The position numbers and the translations under genes are program-made. The notes under the pieces were generated by a model that ran no database searches, was not told the DNA's origin, and saw only the letters and a list, made by a program, of their open reading frames with translations. 48,362 bases of DNA from an uncultured Rikenellaceae bacterium (GTDB taxonomy: Bacteria; Bacteroidota; Bacteroidia; Bacteroidales; VadinHA17), in contig CAYRQY010000002.1 in NCBI GenBank assembly GCA_964426435.1, positions 1 to 48,362 on the forward strand, given 5' to 3'. The stretch's first letter is position 1; the number at the start of each line of letters is the position of its first letter. This document shows, piece after piece, positions 19,532 through 27,489 of the stretch.

Positions 19532-20299
19532 TCAGCGCACCCTTTTCATATTCTGCTGCGAGAAGAAGCTCTCTTCCAGCGGGATGTTGAACCTGATCTC
19601 CTGGATTTCCACGATCGTACTGTTGCCAGGTTCTTCGGCAGGGAGAAGTTCTATTCTGGTGGGGATTCTCCGCCCGTCCATAACTTTTATATCTGAAGCC
19701 GTTTCTGTTCTGACAAGAAAACCATCCTCGTCGTAAAGCTCGGCTCTGAGTACGATGAACTCTTTCTTATCGATCCATCTGATCTGCCTGCCCCATACTA
19801 TGGAGGCCTCTTCCCTTGCGGTCATTACGATCCTGTAACAGAGAGTGCCGCCGATGATCTCTTCTCCTGCAATCTCGTGATTATAGTCGGTTACCACCGA
19901 AGATTCCCTCAGGATGTCGTCGTTGGTATAATCGGATCCCATCCATCCCTGCGACATCATCGAAGGAGGCAGCTTTATGAGCCTGTTAATGGCCGGGTTC
20001 CAGGTCCACATCTCGTTGCCCCTTTTAAGGAAACTCTGGCCCGCCTCCTTTGCCGGAGAGGTGATAAGGGTCAGTGCATAATCCTTTTCCAGGGTCCAGT
20101 TCCTGAACCCGACGCTTCTTTTCCATGTTGGCCTTACTATTGTCATTGTCATCACTGAATAGCCCGATTTTTCACCGCTGAACTTATCGTCGGCCATTTT
20201 CACAATCTCGGCGGCTGTGAGCTCCTGGCTGTTTGCCGTGGCGGGAAACACAAATAGTGCTATGCCGGCCAGTATGTTTATACAGATTCTTTCCATCAT
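19532..20299 (-). CDS. Outer membrane lipoprotein-sorting (LolA-like) periplasmic protein
   Basis: Signal peptide, then LTAAEIVKMADDKF...MTMTIVRPTWKRS...PPSMMSQGWMGSDYTNDDILRES...YDEDGFLVRT, which matches my recollection of the LolA_like family. I chose the ATG-ATG at 20299 over the TTG at 20323, which would overlap the TetR gene. Confidence 0.7.
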   Translation of the reverse strand: MMERICINILAGIALFVFPATANSQELTAAEIVKMADDKFSGEKSGYSVMTMTIVRPTWKRSVGFRNWTLEKDYALTLITSPAKEAGQSFLKRGNEMWTWNPAINRLIKLPPSMMSQGWMGSDYTNDDILRESSVVTDYNHEIAGEEIIGGTLCYRIVMTAREEASIVWGRQIRWIDKKEFIVLRAELYDEDGFLVRTETASDIKVMDGRRIPTRIELLPAEEPGNSTIVEIQEIRFNIPLEESFFSQQNMKRVR

Positions 20300-20303
20300 A
20301 TTG

Positions 20304-20933
20304 TCATTTGAACATTTCAACAATCCTGTCGATTATCTTTTCATCGTCCTTGTCGTCCTCAATATAGATTCGCGTTATTGCATAACCTTTCAATGTAATA
20401 ATGAACATGTTCATGTCGGTTACAGGATCATATTCCGGTCCCTTTTTCACTTTTTTTCGTGAGAAATAATCGGCAATCATTTCTGAAATCACTGACACAA
20501 AATGTGTATCTCCCGTCATGAATTCCAGTTTCACAACCGGATCGGACGATAACACCGAGAATTTCTCCCTTACCTCCTTCTGCATAACCAGCTGGAAGAA
20601 GAGTCTCCAGAAGGATCTTTTCGCACGAAGTACAACAGATATTTTTCTGACAAAGAATTCAAATTCATCCTCGCTCAGGTATCCGTCCTTGTTCACATCG
20701 AAGTACTTGTATATCTCCATTACCGATCTTTGGAGGATTGCTGACAGGAGTGCCTCCTTGCTGTCGAAATAATTGTACAGCAATCCCTTGGAGATCCCGG
20801 CATGCTTTGCTATGTGACTGATTGTGGTTGCATAATAGCCCTCGCCGGCGAAATGCTCAAGAGCCGCATCCATAATAAGGGTTTTCTTCTCCTCCCTTAT
20901 CCCTTCAAACTGTAGTTGTGTCCGTGGCGACAT
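20304..20933 (-). CDS. TetR/AcrR family transcriptional regulator with an EF-hand-like loop
   Basis: 209 aa. N-terminal HTH ATTISHIAKHAGISKGLLYNYF. Residues 79-90 are DVNKDGYLSEDE. Confidence 0.85.
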   Translation of the reverse strand: MSPRTQLQFEGIREEKKTLIMDAALEHFAGEGYYATTISHIAKHAGISKGLLYNYFDSKEALLSAILQRSVMEIYKYFDVNKDGYLSEDEFEFFVRKISVVLRAKRSFWRLFFQLVMQKEVREKFSVLSSDPVVKLEFMTGDTHFVSVISEMIADYFSRKKVKKGPEYDPVTDMNMFIITLKGYAITRIYIEDDKDDEKIIDRIVEMFK

Positions 20934-20976
20934 AGCTTTTTGGTTAAACGCTCAGTCAATATACTCTTTATTTAAA

Positions 20977-20998
20977 AACCGTTTTTGAATGAACGGTT
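20977..20998. promoter_or_regulatory. Candidate TetR operator (inverted repeat AACCGTT-N8-AACGGTT)
   Basis: Perfect 7-bp arms located 44-65 nt upstream of the TetR start codon in the divergent intergenic region. Confidence 0.3.
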
Positions 20999-21311
20999 AG
21001 TCAAAATTAAAATCAATAATTTTAACGTCCAAATTTTTTAAGGGAAAATTGATGAATGGTAGTTTTCGGGCAACGGATTGCACCAGGATTCGGCACGCTC
21101 CCGGCTAGTATTGTTTTAACCCCCGGATTTACCTGGGTAACCCTGTGCTCAAAGCGCCGCCCCGGGTCCGGCAAACAGTAGTGGAGGCTAACAATATCAA
21201 AATTCCCGCAGCTAAGTATTCACTCTGTCAGAAAAAAATATAGCTTTATAGTTTAAAATGAAGTCGCGGTGTTCTGCAATTATCTCATCAGTTGACTAAC
21301 AGGCTTGCTTA

Positions 21312-23165
21312 ATGAAACTTGTCTTCCGGTTTAAGGTCCTGGTAATATTGATCCTTTTTGCGGGCTGTGTTAAATCCTGCGAATTTCAGCCCCATGATAT
21401 ACCTATGGCAGACACAGACAAGCCGCCGGATACGGGACCGCCGCTCATGCTTAACCTTAACAACTACCACGATACCATAAAAATCGGTTACTTAACAAAC
21501 TTCCAGTATTCGGTAACCGGTGCGGGCAACAGGATACTTTCGGTAAATATCAGTATTGGCGACAAGGTAATCCATGAGTACACTTCAGATGATCCCCGGA
21601 CATTCTCCTTCACCCTTGACCCTATGGGTTATCCTGACGGCAAGTATCATCTCAACATCCGGATAGCCACATCAACAGGTAGCGGAAGCATTGCTGACAG
21701 GGTAGGGCTGGAAGGGTATCTCTATGAGCTTGACTGGCCGCTGGTGATCGATACGAAAATCCCGCAGGGACCATATTTCATTACATTAGAGAAGGTCCAT
21801 AATCCTGAAGGAGTAAAATTATCCTGGAAGAAGTTCAATCATCCAAACTTCATCAGGTACGTTATTCTCCGTCAGTTCATCCCTTATCAGGCCAGCCCGC
21901 AGATAATTGCCGAGATCATTGACCCGGAACAGGCAACTTTTACCGATCGTTATTTCTGGGAAGGCCAGGATGCGGTTTACTTTGTAAGAATTGTCACTCC
22001 CTTCGGCAATCACGATGGAGCCCCATCAACATTTCAGGATGTTCTTGCCGGCTTTTCAGCTGCCTGGCATGACGACGGAACACTCGATGTCGGCTGGGGT
22101 AAAGCCAGAAACACTGATATGTTTGGCGGGTATTATATAAGTGTTGGTTATGGACCGGTGCCTTTTGATTCATTATATATCGAAAACCCTGAAGAAAACC
22201 ATGCTACATTCCGTAATACAGGATTTGCAAACGGTATAATCATTTCGCTTGCAATAGTTCCGAAGGGGCTGCCTGATTCTGATTACAACAAACTTAAACC
22301 CACAAGTTATTTTCATTACACTCAGCCCGACATTCCTTTGTTCACCGATGCAAGAGGTGTTAACAACCGCAATTTTATTCTCCTAACAAGAGATATCAGA
22401 ATATACAAATATTATCCCGAAGAAAAGAGAACAGACAACACCATTCAGGTTAGTATGCCAAGGACTAACCTGATTTCAGTCACAAACGATGGAAGCAGGT
22501 TTGCGTACTTCAGCGAAGACAGATTTCATGTCCGCCGTACCGACGATTTTACTCTGGAAAGTGTTTTCAGCGGTCCCTCTATAGAATATCCGGGACAAAT
22601 TACAGATCTTTCCCTCTCCGATAACAATCTGCTGCTTGCTGCCGACAGCTGGGGGGAGCTCTTCCTGTACGATGCCTCCACGGGTCAGCTGGTAAGAAAA
22701 GACTCCATCCCCATATACAGATGGACTGATTTTGTTCTTGCGATCTCACCTGACGGTACAAGGATGATAGTAAGCACAGAATCAGAAGGTTTGGTATATT
22801 ATTCAATTGATCCTTCCGGCTTGACGCCTGTCGGCACTGAAGAACCGGATGTATCTGATGTTTTTTATTCAAAGGATGGTTTGTATGTCTTCCTGATAAG
22901 ATACGACGCCATTATTAAAAGAAGAGCCGGTGATTTCGGGTTCGTTTCGATGCATCCCCTGCCTGGCGGATATTATTCTTCACCAGATATTGACCGGGAC
23001 AGGTTGTTGCATTCAATTGGTTTTGGAGCCGGTTACAATATAATAGATATCAATACCGGCCAAGTCCTTAAAACAATCAATCTGGGAACAGATATGAACA
23101 GATATACCCTTTTCAAAAACCATATAGTCACATCAGGCCGCCAGCTTAATCTTCCACAATTTTAA
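21312..23165 (+). CDS. Hypothetical lipoprotein with Ig/FN3-like repeats and a C-terminal beta-propeller-like region
   Basis: 617 aa with lipobox ILFAGC. FN3-like stretches (GVKLSWKKFNHPNFIRYVILRQ, DGTLDVGWGKA). The C-terminal repeats resemble WD40/TolB blades (SLSDNNLLLAADSWGELFLYD, AISPDGTRMIVSTE). Confidence 0.55.
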   Translation: MKLVFRFKVLVILILFAGCVKSCEFQPHDIPMADTDKPPDTGPPLMLNLNNYHDTIKIGYLTNFQYSVTGAGNRILSVNISIGDKVIHEYTSDDPRTFSFTLDPMGYPDGKYHLNIRIATSTGSGSIADRVGLEGYLYELDWPLVIDTKIPQGPYFITLEKVHNPEGVKLSWKKFNHPNFIRYVILRQFIPYQASPQIIAEIIDPEQATFTDRYFWEGQDAVYFVRIVTPFGNHDGAPSTFQDVLAGFSAAWHDDGTLDVGWGKARNTDMFGGYYISVGYGPVPFDSLYIENPEENHATFRNTGFANGIIISLAIVPKGLPDSDYNKLKPTSYFHYTQPDIPLFTDARGVNNRNFILLTRDIRIYKYYPEEKRTDNTIQVSMPRTNLISVTNDGSRFAYFSEDRFHVRRTDDFTLESVFSGPSIEYPGQITDLSLSDNNLLLAADSWGELFLYDASTGQLVRKDSIPIYRWTDFVLAISPDGTRMIVSTESEGLVYYSIDPSGLTPVGTEEPDVSDVFYSKDGLYVFLIRYDAIIKRRAGDFGFVSMHPLPGGYYSSPDIDRDRLLHSIGFGAGYNIIDINTGQVLKTINLGTDMNRYTLFKNHIVTSGRQLNLPQF

Positions 23166-23170
23166 GACTT

Positions 23171-23878
23171 ATGAAAGTGCTTTCCACATACATATTTCTT
23201 GCATTTATTATTACTCCTTTTCAATTAAAATCGCAGGTTTCCTTTGACTTTTATGGAGGTTTAGCTTCCTATACCATGAGCGACCTGAAGGAGGTCAACA
23301 GTCAGACAATTAAGTCCATGCCGTTTCAGGTAATAACAGTCGATAATTTCAACCCGGGCCCGTTTATCGGAACATCACTGAGCCTGAAAATATCCGGACA
23401 GCATTTACTGGGGCTTCATTATCAGTATAACACGACGGGCTCCAGAATAGGACAAAAGGATTATTCAGGGTATTATACCTACGACCAGATTACAAACGGG
23501 CATCTTATAGGAATAAAACCCGAAACTATCATTGAACAAAACAATCTCTTCACCCTTTCCCTTTCGATAATGACAGGTGTGATTATTACACGGCTGAAAA
23601 TGAAGGAACAGTTTTCCGTTAACGATGTTTTGCTTGAAGACTCACTGTTTTTGGTGGCACACTCCGTTCCTGTTTATCCGTCATTAAAGCTGTCAATCCC
23701 GGTAATTGATATTTTATCCGGAACAATCACCCTGGGCTATCTGTACGATACCGGAGGCAAGCTCCATCGTGACGGCAACAGATACGCAGTATATGGAATT
23801 AACGGGAACCCGGTAAAAACAGGATGGACAGGTTTCAGGATAACTGCCGGTGCTAGTCTGAAGTTCAGAAAGACGTAA
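23171..23878 (+). CDS. Hypothetical signal-peptide protein, possible small outer-membrane beta-barrel
   Basis: 235 aa with N-terminal signal FLAFIITPFQLKSQ and alternating beta-strand pattern. It lies 5 nt downstream of the lipoprotein gene. Confidence 0.4.
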   Translation: MKVLSTYIFLAFIITPFQLKSQVSFDFYGGLASYTMSDLKEVNSQTIKSMPFQVITVDNFNPGPFIGTSLSLKISGQHLLGLHYQYNTTGSRIGQKDYSGYYTYDQITNGHLIGIKPETIIEQNNLFTLSLSIMTGVIITRLKMKEQFSVNDVLLEDSLFLVAHSVPVYPSLKLSIPVIDILSGTITLGYLYDTGGKLHRDGNRYAVYGINGNPVKTGWTGFRITAGASLKFRKT

Positions 23879-24040
23879 ACGATCAATTTCAATTATTTCC
23901 CCACTCACCACAAATATTCAGGAACTTACAACATTTGCGGGGATAATCCGTTATTCCCGATAAATAGCAGAGGATTTTCGGTCTTAAAATTCAGGAAAAG
24001 AATTTCTATCTTTAACACGTTCTACTAAAAAACACTTACA

Positions 24041-25654
24041 ATGGCAGGTCTCAGGTTTTTACTGGGCATGATCCCGGCAACTTCAAAGATTGAGCAGGCA
24101 GAAAAGGCTCTTGTTGATGAGTATGAGAGACTTGGTGCTTTCATTAAATCAGATCTCCTGGCGAAGTATAACAAGCTTAACGATCTGGTCAACTCATCTG
24201 ATTTCAAACAGAAGAAGAAAGAGATCGAGTCGCTTCAGTATAAGAACTCGGAAGAACACGCAAAGGAAAAAGAGTTCTTTTCACTCCAGAAAGCAAAAGA
24301 TATTTCCCTCTACTTTAAAACCATTTCCGGCAGCCTTCTAAAGAGGTTTAAAGAGATGGACGGATCGCAAAAGATCCACGATTACGAAGAGCTTGAAAGC
24401 CTGATTAACTCCTACGAATTCAAGCAGAAGCAGAAAATGAAACCTATAACCTTCAAGGACAGCGACGAATACAGGAAATTCCTTGAATGGAAATCGCTCA
24501 AATCGGATCCCGAGATCAAAACATACTTCAAAGCCGCGAAGAAGGGTGAGGCAACCAAAACCAGGGCTGTGGAAAGATTTGAGGAGCTGGGTGCATTTAT
24601 AAGAAGCTCAGAGTTTCTTGCGAAAAAGAGAATGAAACCCATTACTTTCAAAGATACCGAGGAGTACAAGAAGCTTCTTGAATATAAGCGACTCAAAGGC
24701 AGTGCGGATATAAAGGATTATTACAAATTCAAGGAATCGAAAGAGTATGCAAACTACCTGAATACCGATGGTTCTGCAAGGCTTGCCAGGTATAATGAAC
24801 TGAAGGAATATATAGCATCATCTGAATTCAAGGAGAAGAAGAGCTATCTTCTCGACAAGAAGAGGTTCGAAAAATCCGACATGTACAAGGATCTCCAGGA
24901 GTTCGAAAACCTTAAGAAGCACCCTGAAATTGTATGGTACTTCAAGGTTAAGGATTCCGACAAGTTTGATGTAATAAAGAAGCGCGAACTTACCTTTGCC
25001 GACGAATTTGAGGGTGACAGGCTCGACACCGGGAAATGGCTCACCAACTTCTTTTGGGGCGACAAGCTCCTGAAAGATAGATTTTCGCAGGAATCAGACC
25101 TTCATGCCTATACCGAAAATGATAATTTTGAAGTACGAAACAGCCTGCTTAAGATCCATACGAAGCCCCAGAAGGTAAATGGCAAGGTGTGGTCGCAGAA
25201 ATACGGATTCAAATTAAAGGATTTCGGATTTACCACCGGTATTGTAAATTCGGGCAACAGCTTCAGGCAGAAATACGGGATCTTCTCAGCCAAGGTCAGG
25301 CTCGGTAACCCGGCTGCAAGAAGTGCCTTCTGGATGCTTGCGGATAAAATCACTCCTCATGTAGATATTTGCCGCACATCCGACAATAAGGTCTGGTTCG
25401 ATTTTTCTCCTGCTGCAGGAAAGAAGGCAAAGACAGCGGTCGGATCAAAATATGCCGGTGATTTCTACATATATTCCCTGGAATGGACTGCTGACAAGCT
25501 TGTCTGGAAAGTAAACGGCATCGAGGTGTTCCGCCAGACATCGGACGTTCCCCAGGAACCAATGTATGTCAACCTGGCCGGCGGTCTCGAGAAACCCATC
25601 AACGGCATGACCACCATGGATGTTGACTGGGTAAGGGTGTTTCAGCATAAATAA
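24041..25654 (+). CDS. GH16-fold (laminarinase-like) protein with four N-terminal K/E-rich repeats; catalytic motif degenerate
   Basis: 537 aa. The C-terminal roughly 230 aa show GH16 landmarks (FADEFEGDRLDTGKW, YGIFSAKVRL, SAFWML, DVDWVRVF), but the ExDxxE position reads HVDICR. The N-terminal roughly 300 aa contain four repeats ending in ...Y[FY]K. No signal peptide is evident. Confidence 0.7.
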   Translation: MAGLRFLLGMIPATSKIEQAEKALVDEYERLGAFIKSDLLAKYNKLNDLVNSSDFKQKKKEIESLQYKNSEEHAKEKEFFSLQKAKDISLYFKTISGSLLKRFKEMDGSQKIHDYEELESLINSYEFKQKQKMKPITFKDSDEYRKFLEWKSLKSDPEIKTYFKAAKKGEATKTRAVERFEELGAFIRSSEFLAKKRMKPITFKDTEEYKKLLEYKRLKGSADIKDYYKFKESKEYANYLNTDGSARLARYNELKEYIASSEFKEKKSYLLDKKRFEKSDMYKDLQEFENLKKHPEIVWYFKVKDSDKFDVIKKRELTFADEFEGDRLDTGKWLTNFFWGDKLLKDRFSQESDLHAYTENDNFEVRNSLLKIHTKPQKVNGKVWSQKYGFKLKDFGFTTGIVNSGNSFRQKYGIFSAKVRLGNPAARSAFWMLADKITPHVDICRTSDNKVWFDFSPAAGKKAKTAVGSKYAGDFYIYSLEWTADKLVWKVNGIEVFRQTSDVPQEPMYVNLAGGLEKPINGMTTMDVDWVRVFQHK

Positions 25655-25665
25655 TCAGGCAACAG

Positions 25666-25757
25666 GGGCGTACCATGGTACGCCCATATTGAATGAGGCG
25701 TGGCATGCAACGCCCCCACCATGATGGGGTAAACAGGGGCATACCATGGTACGCCCC
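25666..25757. repeat. Cluster of GC-rich palindromic hairpins (REP-like)
   Basis: GGGCGTACCATGGTACGCCC (25666-25685) is a perfect 20-nt palindrome. GGCGTGGCATGCAACGCC (25697-25714) has one mismatch. CCCCA-CCATGA-TGGGG lies at 25714-25729. GGGGCATACCATGGTACGCCCC (25736-25757) has one mismatch. AACAGGGG precedes the first and last hairpins. Confidence 0.75.
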
Positions 25758-25793
25758 CGCCATGAATGGTTTCAAACATTTGGCAACAAGGTT

Positions 25794-25818
25794 GTAACCA
25801 TTTGGATTTTTATCCGTC
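25794..25818 (+). promoter_or_regulatory. Candidate ECF-type autoregulated promoter (GTAACC-N15-CGTC)
   Basis: AAC-N16-CGTC spacing matches the general ECF consensus GGAAC-N16/17-CGT. The element ends 20 nt before the ATG of the ECF sigma gene. Confidence 0.35.
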
Positions 25819-25838
25819 TTTAGGTTGTAATCCGGATT

Positions 25839-26324
25839 ATGACAGTCAAAGAATACAACAGATCTGTTGAGGAGTATGCCGATTCGGTCTTTCGGTTCAT
25901 CCGTGCAAATATCAGGGATGAAGAGAGAGCCAATGATATTGTGCAGGACAGTTACGAGAAACTATGGCGGAGCGTTGCCGAAATTGAATACAGGGTGGTG
26001 CGCTCCTGGCTCTTCTCCACAGCCTATCATAACATGATAGATATTATCAGAAAGGAGAAAAGACTCACAACTCTTGAGACATACGATGAAATGAGCTTTA
26101 TTTCCGATTCCCAGTACAGCGATCTCAACGAGATACTTCACGAAGCGCTTGACCGGCTGCCCGATCACCAGAAAACACCGGTACTGCTTCGCGACTATGA
26201 GGGATACAGCTACAGGGAAATTGCAGATATAACAGGCCAGACCGAAGCCCAGGTAAAAATAAATATTTACCGCGGAAGAACGGCCCTGAAGAATTACATC
26301 GGAAAAATTGAAATTGTGCTATAG
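25839..26324 (+). CDS. RNA polymerase ECF-type sigma-70 factor
   Basis: 161 aa. Region 2: DIVQDSYEKLW. Region 4 HTH: SYREIADITGQTEAQVKINIYRGRTALK. Confidence 0.9.
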   Translation: MTVKEYNRSVEEYADSVFRFIRANIRDEERANDIVQDSYEKLWRSVAEIEYRVVRSWLFSTAYHNMIDIIRKEKRLTTLETYDEMSFISDSQYSDLNEILHEALDRLPDHQKTPVLLRDYEGYSYREIADITGQTEAQVKINIYRGRTALKNYIGKIEIVL

Positions 26325-26326
26325 CC

Positions 26327-27436
26327 ATGATGCCTGACAGGTCAAACTATGAAATCTGGTTCATCGACTGGCTCGATGGAAGACTGAGCGATCAGCAGGT
26401 TGCAGCGCTTGAAGATTTTCTCGCCGGAAATCCCGATCTGGCTGAGGAGTTCAGGACGCTCTCATCAATAAGCCTGAAGCCGCAAACCGATCGCTGTTCC
26501 CGCCGCGAAGACCTCTTTAAAAAGCCCTCTGATCTAAGCCCATCGCAGTTTGAGTATCTCTGCATCGCAGATCTTGAGAATGATCTTTCGCCGGAGGGCA
26601 TCCTTGAGCTGGAGGAAGCAATGGCAGGTAATGAGGAAAGGAAGAAGGAATACGATCTTACCCGCCGGATAAAGCTCTCTCCTCCCGATATCAGGTTCAA
26701 ACACAAGGATCGCCTGAGAAGAACCACACCCTTGCGGAAACTGGTATATTTTTCGGTGATTGGCCTGAGTGCCGCTGCAGCTGTTACAATGTTCGTAATA
26801 TTTTATAATCCCGGCACTCCGGTTGTGCCGGCGCAAGGCACCTTAACAGCAACCTCCGCAACCATTGAAGAGGAGAATGCGGCAACCTCAGAAAGTGAAA
26901 CAACAGCCGTAAACGGCAATGAAGATGAGTCATCGTCATTACAGGAACCCGTGAAGGAAGATCCTGCCGGCAGCAGAAAAGCCTCCATAACGTTAATTGC
27001 CGCACTTGCAGAGGATGTGCCTTCCGTAACCGCAACGGAACTGGAAGAACCGGCGGAAATCAGCCGTTTCAGCCTCGATCCCGTTCCGCTGGCAATGCAT
27101 GTGGCCATCAGGGGGACCGATATCCGCAATGGTAACCTTATGGCATTTACCCCGGAAATAAGGGTCCCGCTGTTCGACGACGGAAGGAGCAATATGAACA
27201 GGTTCCTTGCAAGGGTGTTCCACGAGAAGATAATGAGGGACACCATTGCAGGCGACAGGCCTGTTAAGGTTTACGACATAGCAGGGGCTGGCATTGCCGG
27301 CATAAATAAACTGTTCGGAACCGCACTGGCTCTTGAGAAGAATACTGATGACACCGGAACGGTAACATCTGTTTATTTCAGCTCACGACTGGTGAAGTTC
27401 AATGCACCTGTCAGAAAATCCGAAATTTACCAGTAA
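26327..27436 (+). CDS. Putative anti-sigma factor (single-pass membrane protein)
   Basis: 369 aa. It starts 2 nt after the sigma factor stop. The N-terminal helical domain (WLDGRLSDQQVAALEDFLAGNPDLAEEF) is followed by one TM (LVYFSVIGLSAAAAVTMFVIF) and an Ala/Thr/Glu-rich linker. Confidence 0.6.
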   Translation: MMPDRSNYEIWFIDWLDGRLSDQQVAALEDFLAGNPDLAEEFRTLSSISLKPQTDRCSRREDLFKKPSDLSPSQFEYLCIADLENDLSPEGILELEEAMAGNEERKKEYDLTRRIKLSPPDIRFKHKDRLRRTTPLRKLVYFSVIGLSAAAAVTMFVIFYNPGTPVVPAQGTLTATSATIEEENAATSESETTAVNGNEDESSSLQEPVKEDPAGSRKASITLIAALAEDVPSVTATELEEPAEISRFSLDPVPLAMHVAIRGTDIRNGNLMAFTPEIRVPLFDDGRSNMNRFLARVFHEKIMRDTIAGDRPVKVYDIAGAGIAGINKLFGTALALEKNTDDTGTVTSVYFSSRLVKFNAPVRKSEIYQ

Positions 27437-27489
27437 CTTTTTTAACACCATTTTCGTCACACTGCTGAAATGGATTAATTAACAAAGTC

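Noticed and set aside
20300-20323. TTG start giving a 20-nt overlap between the LolA-like gene and the TetR gene
   Set aside because: A tandem ATG-ATG at 20299 lies just upstream of the signal peptide and 4 nt after the TetR stop. The upstream extension (MLKCSNDN) adds nothing signal-like.
23938-23959. Hairpin CGGGGATAA-TCCG-TTATTCCCG downstream of the 235-aa gene as an intrinsic terminator
   Set aside because: The stem needs a G-U pair and is not followed by a T tract. The support is too weak to list as a feature.
26392-27246. Several overlapping minus-strand ORFs (111, 100, 83, 147 and 76 aa) inside the anti-sigma gene
   Set aside because: The Ala/Thr/Glu-rich linker region is stop-poor in several frames. 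The plus-strand frame is coupled to the ECF sigma gene (2-nt gap) and has the expected N-terminal domain plus a TM helix.
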